A stretch of DNA of 20,971 nucleotides from a bacterium (lineage in GTDB: Bacteria; Zhuqueibacterota; Zhuqueibacteria; Oceanimicrobiales; Oceanimicrobiaceae). Shown here piece after piece: positions 8,054-16,300 of the stretch. The stretch is taken from the NCBI GenBank assembly GCA_046757165.1, contig JBHHXT010000074.1, positions 1-20,971 of the forward strand. Reading direction: 5' to 3'. A program made the translations under genes and the position numbers. Numbering within the stretch: position 1 is the stretch's first letter; each line of letters starts with the position of its first letter. A model generated the notes under the pieces. That model was not told where the DNA came from, did no database searches, and was given only the letters and a program-made list of their open reading frames with translations.

Positions 8054-9241
8054 ATGTACATCGAAAGAAAGAATACAACGGAACTGATTGAACTCATCGG
8101 TCAGTTTCCTATGGTCGGTATTATCGGCCCCCGCCAGGTTGGGAAAACCACACTGGCCAGGCATTTGATGAACCAGATCGACAAAGTGTGCATCTATTTA
8201 GACCTTGAACTTCCCGAAGATCAGAGCAAGCTAACCGATCCGCAATTATACCTGCAGCAGCATCTCGATAAGTGTCTTATTTTGGATGAGATTCAGCAAA
8301 TTCCGCAGCTATTTCCCGTTCTGCGAGGGTTGATCGATAAACACAGAGTGGCAGGTCGATTCGTCATCCTGGGATCGGCGTCGCCTGCTTTGCTCAAACA
8401 AAGCTCTGAAACGTTAGCGGGGAGAATCGTCTACAAGGAGTTAGCGCCATTCAACCTGACTGAAATCTCTGAGCATGCGGATATGCATCTGCACTGGTTC
8501 AGGGGCGGGTTTCCGGAGGCCTTTCTCTCCCGCGATGCCGGGCATTATCGAAACTGGATGAGAAGTTTTGTTCAGACTTACCTGGAAAGAGATTTGCCCT
8601 TGCTCGGCTTGTCAGTCAATCCGATTTTGATGCGCAGACTTTGGACGATGCTGGCACATTTTCACGGCGGAATATGGAACGCCAGTACTTTTGCCAAGTC
8701 TCTCGGCGTAACCATACCGACCGTCAATCGTTATGTTGACTTCTTAGAAGCCGCCTTCATTATCAATCGGTTGCAACCGTTCACTCTGAATCTGAAAAAG
8801 AGATTGGTTAAATCGCCTAAAATTTATATTCGCGACAGTGGTATTTTGCATTACCTGACGGGCGTATTGAGTTTTGAAAACTTGCAGGGCCATGTTTTAA
8901 TTGGAAATTCGTGGGAAGGATATGTCATCGAACAGATCAAACAAATCTTGCCCGGGGAAGTTGACCTCTACTATTATCGGACGCATAACGGGACGGAAAG
9001 CGATTTAGTGCTGGTACGTGGGAACAAGCCATTGGCATGCATTGAAATAAAATATACCGCAGCGCCAAAATTGTCCAAAGGGCTTCAAATCGCGATTGAA
9101 GATTTGGGAACAGAGGCGAATTTCATTATTGTCCCGCAATCGGAGACCTATCCTGTCGGCAAAAATATCATGGTGTGCAGTTTATTTGATTTCTTAACGA
9201 AACATGTTTATTCGGAACTCAGTTTTGGGAAGCATTTATGA
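8054..9241 (+). CDS. AAA_14 ATPase with DUF4143/PD-(D/E)xK-like C-terminus (copy 2)
   Basis: GPRQVGKTT, LILDEIQ, ILGSAS, SSETLAGRI, WFRGGFP, KSPKIYIRDSGIL, GNSWEGYV, ESDLV...IEIK. Confidence 0.9.
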   Translation: MYIERKNTTELIELIGQFPMVGIIGPRQVGKTTLARHLMNQIDKVCIYLDLELPEDQSKLTDPQLYLQQHLDKCLILDEIQQIPQLFPVLRGLIDKHRVAGRFVILGSASPALLKQSSETLAGRIVYKELAPFNLTEISEHADMHLHWFRGGFPEAFLSRDAGHYRNWMRSFVQTYLERDLPLLGLSVNPILMRRLWTMLAHFHGGIWNASTFAKSLGVTIPTVNRYVDFLEAAFIINRLQPFTLNLKKRLVKSPKIYIRDSGILHYLTGVLSFENLQGHVLIGNSWEGYVIEQIKQILPGEVDLYYYRTHNGTESDLVLVRGNKPLACIEIKYTAAPKLSKGLQIAIEDLGTEANFIIVPQSETYPVGKNIMVCSLFDFLTKHVYSELSFGKHL

Positions 9242-9346
9242 TTGGGAAGACTATCTCACAGTATCGAATTATCGAAAAGCTCGGCGCAGGCGGCAGCAGC
9301 ACTGAACCATCCCAACATCGCCACGATTCATGCCATCGAGGAATGA
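9238..9346 (+). pseudogene. Internally deleted, truncated Ser/Thr kinase (stub 2)
   Basis: The first frame gives MIGKTISQYRIIEKLGAGG. A shifted frame from GCGCAGGCGGCA gives AQAAAALNHPNIATIHAIEE* (end of alphaC and the HPNI motif). The ATG overlaps the ATPase 2 stop. Confidence 0.85.
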
Positions 9347-9391
9347 CCAGCAGGAGGTAATGCATGCGAGATGGAAGCTTGGCAAGAACGC

Positions 9392-9424
9392 TTGACAAAT
9401 TAGAAATTAATTTCTAATTTGCAA
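9392..9424 (+). promoter_or_regulatory. Promoter overlapped by a perfect 26-bp palindrome upstream of ATPase stub 3
   Basis: TTGACA (9392-9397)-N17-TAATTT (9415-9420). CAAATTAGAAATTAATTTCTAATTTG (9396-9421) is a perfect palindrome. Confidence 0.65.
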
Positions 9425-9426
9425 TT

Positions 9427-9511
9427 ATGATTCAACGCCAAATTACACAGCTTGTAAAAAAAAAGACTACGGGACTTTCCTGCGGTGGCGCTTCTGGGCC
9501 CGCGGCACTGA
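9427..9511 (+). pseudogene. 5' remnant of a third AAA_14/DUF4143 ATPase
   Basis: Removing one A from the A9 run (9456-9464) gives MIQRQITQLVKKRLRDFPAVALLGPRH*, which matches ATPase 2 (MYIER...QFPMVGIIGPRQ). It is cut inside Walker A. Confidence 0.72.
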
Positions 9512-9557
9512 GAGATTAGAGTTTTAGCTTTTCGAATTTCCGCTTCTGCCCATCTAA

Positions 9558-9590
9558 AACCTTGCGAAGGTTCGAAACCTTCGCAAGGTT
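9558..9590. repeat. REP-like perfect hairpin
   Basis: AACCTTGCGAAGGTT-CGA-AACCTTCGCAAGGTT, a perfect 15-bp stem. It is flanked by imperfect outer repeats AGCTTTTCGAA (9526) and TTCGGAAAAGCT (9601-9612). Confidence 0.8.
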
Positions 9591-9773
9591 GCTCGGTCAC
9601 TTCGGAAAAGCTCTGCTTTTGTGGCATACAAAACCACAGGGCAGCGTGGACGTCGCTAAAGCGTGAACACCCAAATTCTGAACACCTGAACCCGTGGTGA
9701 TAGAACTATTCAAAGCTGAACCGCTCAATTTAGGGTAGAACTAATTCATAAGCAGTGTATCGGAGGTTTTGTA

Positions 9774-10409
9774 ATGAAAACAGCAACTCTATTTGTTGCC
9801 CTGACCACCTCGATGTTGATGTTTCTCGCGGTGCAGAAATCTGACCAGAAGATAGTCAAGACCAGCACCTTACGCATGAGCCAGATTGCCGGGCACGAGC
9901 TGTTTGTGCTCAAGAAGTGCAATGAGTGCCACACCCTTGCGAACAAAGCTGAGGGAGAACTCACGCCCCTGGGCAGCAAAGGTGAGGATGACTGGTTCAA
10001 GCAACATGTCAGCGAGGAGTCCGAAATCGTGCTCGGCGAAGCAAAGAGCAAACGCAAAAAGCGCCGCATCCTGAAACGGGAAATCACGGCTTTGACCGAT
10101 TTCCTTTTTGACGCGAAGGCTGCGGAAAAGAAGCAGGTTCTGGCGTTGCCGGAGAACATTCGCCAGGGAGCGTACCTCGGGTACCAGAACAACTGCCTGG
10201 GCTGTCATAAGATTGCAGGGACGGGCAAAGAAGTCGGACCGGACCTGACCTACGTTGCCGACAAAAAAAGTGGCCGGGAGTGGTTCATCAAGAATCTCGA
10301 AAACCCGCAGCAATTCTCACCCGAGTCTCCGATGCCGGCCTTCGAAGGCAAGCTCTCTGAAGAGGTCATCGGCCTGATTGCGGATTATGTTCTAACGCTC
10401 AGGAAATAA
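9774..10409 (+). CDS. Diheme c-type cytochrome
   Basis: N-terminal hydrophobic signal/anchor; CNECH and CLGCH; GPDLT..V...W..K.LENPQ...SPMP class I cytochrome c motifs. RBS GGAGG. Confidence 0.85.
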   Translation: MKTATLFVALTTSMLMFLAVQKSDQKIVKTSTLRMSQIAGHELFVLKKCNECHTLANKAEGELTPLGSKGEDDWFKQHVSEESEIVLGEAKSKRKKRRILKREITALTDFLFDAKAAEKKQVLALPENIRQGAYLGYQNNCLGCHKIAGTGKEVGPDLTYVADKKSGREWFIKNLENPQQFSPESPMPAFEGKLSEEVIGLIADYVLTLRK

Positions 10410-10412
10410 CCG

Positions 10413-10919
10413 ATGTCGAGCTCTCGAGACAACCTCGACGACGCCCTTCCGCGCCGCGGATTTCTAAAACTGGCCATTGGCGCGTTCAACGCACTGATTG
10501 GCCTTGCCCTGGCGATTCCCGGGCTGGGCTATCTCCTGACCCCGGTATTTCGCAAGGGGGCGAGCGCCTGGGTACAGCTCGGGGACGTTGAAAGGTTGAA
10601 GACCCCGGTGCCGCAAAAAGCGAGCTTCACGTACATCTCCGAGACCGGATATACCCGCAGCCAGAAAAGTGGATTCGTCTGGGTGGTCGAGGACGCGGAG
10701 GCCGCGCATGGCGTGACGGCTCTTTCCGCCGTTTGTTCTCACACCGGGTGCAATGTCGCCTGGCATTTTGATGAAGCGCATTTCGTTTGTCCCTGTCATG
10801 GCGGCCGGTACGATATCCGCGGCAACGTCGTCTCCGGTCCTCCACCGAAGCCGTTGCAGAAACTTCCTCTAAGAGTCGAGAACGGTCGCGCTGCCGTACA
10901 ATTGACCCCTAACGAATGA
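10413..10919 (+). CDS. Rieske [2Fe-2S] subunit of a Rieske/cytochrome b complex (QcrA/PetC-like)
   Basis: Tat motif RRGFLK followed by a TM helix; box I CSHTGC; box II CPCHGGRY; GPPPKPL. Confidence 0.92.
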   Translation: MSSSRDNLDDALPRRGFLKLAIGAFNALIGLALAIPGLGYLLTPVFRKGASAWVQLGDVERLKTPVPQKASFTYISETGYTRSQKSGFVWVVEDAEAAHGVTALSAVCSHTGCNVAWHFDEAHFVCPCHGGRYDIRGNVVSGPPPKPLQKLPLRVENGRAAVQLTPNE

Positions 10920-12589
10920 ACGACAGTCCCATGAATCCTGAAGCCACAAAAGGGTTGCTGACGGTGATCAAACGCTTCCTCGGCGAGCCCATGCCCAAGG
11001 GGGTCAACTGGCTGCAAACGTTTGGCTCATCGCTGCTGGCGCTCATCCTGGTGCAGATTGTGACGGGCATCCTGCTGGCGCTCTACTATTCGCCCAACGC
11101 CGGGGCGGCTTATGACAGCGTAAAGTACATCGAGACCCATGTCATTTTTGGGCACGTGATTCGTGGCATGCACTACTTTGCCGCCAGCGCGATGATGATC
11201 CTGCTGCTCATTCATGGCGCCCGCACGTTTTTTTACGGCGCCTACAAACGGCCGCGGCAGTGGACGTGGGTGTTCGGCGTGGTGCTGCTGGTGCTCGTGG
11301 TCGGATTTGCGTTCACGGGCTACCTGCTGCCCTGGGACATGAAAGCTTACTTTGCCACCAAAGTGGGCATCAACATCGCGAAGATGACGCCGGTGATTGG
11401 CGCCTACCTGGTGAGCATTTTGCAGGGCGGCGCCGAGATGGGCACCATCACGCTCTCGCGCTTTTACGCGTTGCACGTCATCGTGCTGCCGCTTTCTTTG
11501 ATTCTGATCGTGGGCCTGCATCTGTTCTATATTCGGCTGCACGGTCCCACGCCATCTGCTCTCTCCACCGACCGGCCGGTGGAGTACGTCAACCGATTCT
11601 ACCCCATGCAGTTGTACCGGGACAGCCTGGTCGCGTTTGTGGTCATCGGGACCGTGGTGCTGCTGGCGATCGAATATGGCGCGCCCCTGGAGCAGCGCGC
11701 CGATCCGACCTCGACCAGTTATGTTCCCCGTCCGGATTGGTATTTTTACGCTCTGTTCCAACTGCTGAAATTCTTTGAAGGCCGATTCGAGATCGTGGGT
11801 GCAATTTTGCTTCCTGGCGCGTTTTTCACGCTCCTCCTGCTGCTGCCCTTCATCGACCGCAATCCCGCTCGGGACCTGATCAAGCGGCCCCTCGCCAGCG
11901 GGCTGGGCGCAACGGCGGTGACCGGCGTGGTTCTGCTCACGGTGATGGGTGCGGTCACTGGCGAGAAAGCCCGCTCGAAAAGCGAGGATACCGTCACAGT
12001 AGAAGGCGAGGTCGAGGAGATATTTGTGGTGGACCCGTCGATCGGCCGACAGCTTTACGAAGGTCTCAAATGCGGCGAGTGTCACAGCCAGACCTCCGGG
12101 GACCGCAACCTGCCGCCGGGTCTGGAATTCTCCGGCAACAAATACCAGCAGCCCTGGCTGGTGCACTATCTGCAAAACCCGCATCGCATCCGCTGGCAGC
12201 GCAAGAACCAGCGGCCGATTGCCCGCATGCCCGATTTTAATCTGACTGAACGGGAAGCGCTCAATCTCTCGGCGTACCTGCTCACGCTGACGCAAGACGA
12301 GAACTTTCCGCAGCCGGAATTCGACTGGGCCGAGGCCGACAGCGAGATGGTCCTGTCCGGAGAAGAGCTCGCTGCTGAGTACGGCTGTCTCGGTTGCCAC
12401 AAAGTGGGCGAGGACGGGCAGAACATCGGGCCAGATTTGAGCCACGCCGGCAGCAAGCTGCTGGAGTCTTACCTGTTTCGCATCGTTCAGGCGCCGGAGA
12501 AGGTCATTCCGGGAACGGCGATGAAGAATTTTCACCTGGATGTGGAGGAAGTCGAGGATATTGTGGCTTTTTTGAGAATGCAGAAATGA
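10916..12589 (+). CDS. Cytochrome b/b6 plus subunit IV plus diheme cytochrome c fusion
   Basis: Q.VTGILLALYYSP, IRGMH..LIH, GFAFTGYLLPWD, RFYALH..GLH, Qo motif PDWY, then CGECH and CLGCH. The start could alternatively be the ATG at 10931. Confidence 0.92.
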   Translation: MNDSPMNPEATKGLLTVIKRFLGEPMPKGVNWLQTFGSSLLALILVQIVTGILLALYYSPNAGAAYDSVKYIETHVIFGHVIRGMHYFAASAMMILLLIHGARTFFYGAYKRPRQWTWVFGVVLLVLVVGFAFTGYLLPWDMKAYFATKVGINIAKMTPVIGAYLVSILQGGAEMGTITLSRFYALHVIVLPLSLILIVGLHLFYIRLHGPTPSALSTDRPVEYVNRFYPMQLYRDSLVAFVVIGTVVLLAIEYGAPLEQRADPTSTSYVPRPDWYFYALFQLLKFFEGRFEIVGAILLPGAFFTLLLLLPFIDRNPARDLIKRPLASGLGATAVTGVVLLTVMGAVTGEKARSKSEDTVTVEGEVEEIFVVDPSIGRQLYEGLKCGECHSQTSGDRNLPPGLEFSGNKYQQPWLVHYLQNPHRIRWQRKNQRPIARMPDFNLTEREALNLSAYLLTLTQDENFPQPEFDWAEADSEMVLSGEELAAEYGCLGCHKVGEDGQNIGPDLSHAGSKLLESYLFRIVQAPEKVIPGTAMKNFHLDVEEVEDIVAFLRMQK

Positions 12590-12627
12590 GTCTGGCGCAA
12601 GATGTCGATTTGAACAAAAAATGTTTT

Positions 12628-12659
12628 GGCCACGGATTCACACTGACAAAACACAGATC
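12628..12659 (+). repeat. Half-copy of the CACGGAT/ACACAGAT REP-like family
   Basis: GGCCACGGATTCACACTGACAAAACACAGATC resembles the left arm of the 1-174 element. No partner arm is visible. Confidence 0.45.
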
Positions 12660-12673
12660 TTAGGGGATAACGT

Positions 12674-12715
12674 TGCGGGCGTCATTGAGCAAGCAAGGAC
12701 CAAATGACGCCCGCA
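12674..12715. repeat. 13-bp perfect inverted repeat downstream of the cytochrome operon
   Basis: TGCGGGCGTCATT (12674-12686) and AATGACGCCCGCA (12703-12715). AAATGA recurs at 12720 and 12740. Confidence 0.65.
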
Positions 12716-12735
12716 GGGCAAATGACGGCGTGAAG

Positions 12736-12780
12736 CGCTAAATGATTTTTTTCGCAGCGAAGTCTGCGAAAAAAATTAGG
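12736..12780 (-). repeat. Dispersed hairpin repeat, copy B (inverted relative to 7658-7703)
   Basis: Hairpin ATTTTTTTCGCAG-CGAAGT-CTGCGAAAAAAAT (12745-12776) plus flanks matching copy A. Confidence 0.75.
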
Positions 12781-13350
12781 TCCTGATTCAGGTACCCGCT
12801 CCTCTATCCGGTTGCAGTTTGGCCATTCTTTGTACAGCGGGGAAAAATCTTTCCAGAAAAGTCGTGCTTCCGGCTCACCCTTCAGGTCAGCTTATTTCTT
12901 TTTTCCGCATTTATTCCATTCTGTCGTACTGAAACTGTATAGTTGTATTATTCTAACTTTGGAGCGCTCAGTATTTCTTTGGACGGAAGTCCGCTATCGG
13001 GGAACATAAATTTGGGGAATGGCTGTGCACGACCAGGGTCGGCCGGTCACAGACCCCAGAGATTTTCAGGGGAATGAATCCTACCGTAATAGCAATCTGA
13101 CGACTCTCGCGTCGGCGTCATTTCATGACGGGTCATGAAGAAATGAAGTGACGTGGCCCCGGCATGGCTGGCCGTGCCGGGAATTCTTGTTGTCGAATTC
13201 CGGGACTCCAGTCGGAACCGCTGAGCTAAATCTATCTCGATTCTCTTCCAAAGCGAATTTATGCGCTAAAGACTCATGTTGTTTTGAGACATTTGCCGGG
13301 GGAACTAATCATGATCTTGCTGTTCTGGACAGTAAGTTAGGAGGTTGCAT

Positions 13351-16300
13351 ATGTTACGCAAACTATTTAGTTCTTCGCTCATTCTGGTCTCGTGTATCAC
13401 GCTTTTTACAGCGAACATCTTTGCTCAACCGACCTTGACGCCCCCCGCGGTGACCGGGCCGGATTCGCTCATCGGGTTCGAGGGGCAATCCGAGCATCAT
13501 GAGTTCTTGACCCAGACCAACAGCTCACGCGGCGATATCAAGGACGTTTTTCCAGGCCAGGATTACTGGATTTACGTGGTTGGCATCGATGCCAGCGGCG
13601 TGACCGGTCCTGCCGGACGTAAGATTCAATTCAATTTGCAGAACACCGTCAGTGGCTTTACCAAGCATCTGGGGATCAGTGTCTCTTTGGACAATCCCGG
13701 CGTGGGCGGGGCCGATCTGCTTGAATGCTACCAATCTGATGGCGTAGAGGGAATCTCCTCGCACGGTTTTTTCGATCCCGAGCTCGACACCACTATTTTT
13801 GACGTGCGCTTTCAGTTCACCAAGGCGCAGCAGGGTGATTTCTGGACGGTCACACCATGGTTTCGGTTGCCCGGCCAGAGTTGGCAACAATTCGAAGACG
13901 GAGTCTTTACGGGGACTGTGGTCTTTGACTTCGACGAAGCGAGATTGGACGTGTGGTTCAAAAGCTCTGCCGATGGCGTCATCGAGTTCGACAACTTCTT
14001 CATCCTCGGCCCCATCCCGGAACCCATCACCGAGATCTATGTCGACGATGATTGGGTGAGCCAGAACGCTGGCGACGCCGTGCAGTTTCCAGGCCAAATC
14101 GATGTCCGAGTTATCGGTGTCAATGCGTTTGCTACGGTACAGGCAGGGGTGGATTCTTTGCTTGTAAGACTACCGGCATCGATTCCGACTTTGCATATCG
14201 CGGCCGGAAATTACAGCGAAAATGTTTTTCTTTCTGGTCCGGTCAACCTCCAGGGCTCTGGCAATGGCACAAATACGGCGGCCAACACGGTCATCAACGG
14301 AGCCAATTTTGGCGCTCCGGTCATCGAAATCGGCAACAACGTGGGCGGATCGTCGAAGAATTCACGCATGGTCATTCGTGACCTCCGCGTCAGGGGCGCC
14401 ACCGGCGCAGGCGACACCCCCAGCGGCATCCTGATGACCAGCGGATTTGGCGGCATGATTGAAACTTTGGCGTGGCGAGACTTATCGAGAGGGACGTCTA
14501 CGACCACCGGCCTGGCCACAAATGAGTACATCACGTTTGAAAATGTGGCTGCTGTGGGGAACGCCGGCAACGGCATCGCCATCGACCATCTCGATACGAT
14601 CAACGATATCGAGCTCATCAATTGCAAGCTGGACAGCAACACCAACCACGGCTTTCTCATCCCGACCGACATCGCCTCGTTTGACAGCCTGATGATGTCC
14701 GGATGTGAGGTGAAAGGCAACGGCATCACCGGCGTGAGCACCGGGCCGGACGGGTCTCAGGGGGTAACGAACATTCACATCAGCAACTCCACCTTTTCAG
14801 GCAACGGGGATGCGCTTTCCGCCTCAGGGAGCGGGTCCGGCGACATCAGCTTATTCAAATTCAACGGCAATGCCTCGCTCACCAACGTCGACGTGACAGG
14901 AGATGGCGCACACATCGGCATTCAAGTTCGGGGTGACACGACCTTTGCCGGGGCGCTGCAGCCGGCTGGAACCGTCGTTTTCAACGACGTGACCCTATCT
15001 GGCCAGTATCAGCATCCCACGCCTACCTGGGTCGGGTCCGGGCTGTTTATTTCGGGGTACAGCGACGTCAGTAGCATCAGCTTTTCTAATGTGGATATTG
15101 ACATTTCACGTGTTGGCTCAAAGGGGGCCGCGAATCTCTACCTGGATAACATCGAGGGCAACCTCGATGTGTCGGATATGATGTTCGGCAGCGCTGATTC
15201 GGTGGTCTCTATCTTGAACATCTCAGTGGCGGAAATCGATGCCAATAACGCGGTTTTTGCCGGCAACCCGGACAACTTCGAGATCGAAGACCGTGTGTTC
15301 CATGCCCTGGATTCTCCCGCATTCGGATTGGTCCGGTGGACCGGCAAACAAATCTACGTGACGCCAAAGGCTTTTGCGCCTCCGGACACGGCAGTGCTTC
15401 TCAACCGCATCGTCGGTGTCGTTTCCGCAGGGGACACGATCAATTTTGCCGCCGGGACGTATTATGACACCACCGGCGTGGTGATCGACAAGGATTTGAC
15501 CTTTTTCGGGGTCAGCACTGGGACTACCGTGTGCCGGCCGCTTGCGAACGCCACCGGCTCCGGTTTGGGCGGCGCCTGGTTTATCGTCGATACCCTGGTC
15601 ACGGTCAACATCTACAACATCAACTTCGACGGCAGCGGCTTTTCCATTCGTACGGCTTGCCGCGTGCGAGGGCGGGGCTCGTGTGGCAACCTGGTGTTCA
15701 CCAACATTTCCGGCCCGGGCCGCTCTGGCGTCGGCATTGTTGCCGCCGGAGACACCGCCGTGCAAATCACGAACTGCACTTTCAGCAACATGGGCCGGGC
15801 CGGAGTGCAGTTTCTCGGCACCGGTGTGCAGGGGTCGCTGTTCCGCGGCAACACCTACATCGGCAAGGGCAGTGGCGTGCACCTGGAATACGGCGTCGAG
15901 CTGGAGGGTGGCGCGTCCGTGACGATGAAGCAAGACACGATTTACAATTGCTCAGGAGTTGTCGACGCTGAGCTCGACTCTGTCTCCGCCGGCATTCGTG
16001 TCAGCACTCTCAATGGTGACGGCACATCTGTGACGATTGACAGCAGCCAGATCTACAATTGCTACAATGGCATCGAGATCGGCAGCGGCATCTCGGACCA
16101 GAGTTTTGCCATCATCCGGAACTGTGACATCTACAACAACACCGTCGGGATTCAGGTCAACTCTGCGCTCTTCGTCAAAGCTGAAGACGACAGCATTCAC
16201 AACAACACAGAAGGCATTCGAGTCGAGTACGCCACCGTTTTCGACCTCGACCGTGATGATATTCTGGACAATCAGACCGGAATCATCATCAAGCAGTCGT

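Noticed and set aside
6031..9614. Classical integron
   Set aside because: There is no intI, and the palindromes lack the RYYYAAC...GTTRRRY attC ends.
9664..9693. TGAACACC short direct repeats (also CTACAGCCTA twice at 19133-19157)
   Set aside because: They are too short and degenerate to assign a function, and are probably remnants of simple repeats.
11027..12535. 502-aa minus-strand ORF
   Set aside because: It is the antisense shadow of the cytochrome b fusion, explained by GC-rich codon bias, and has no recognisable motifs.
12780..13350. sigma54 -24/-12 promoter for the beta-helix gene
   Set aside because: Only weak GG-N10-GC matches were found by eye, and none fits TGGCAC-N5-TTGC.
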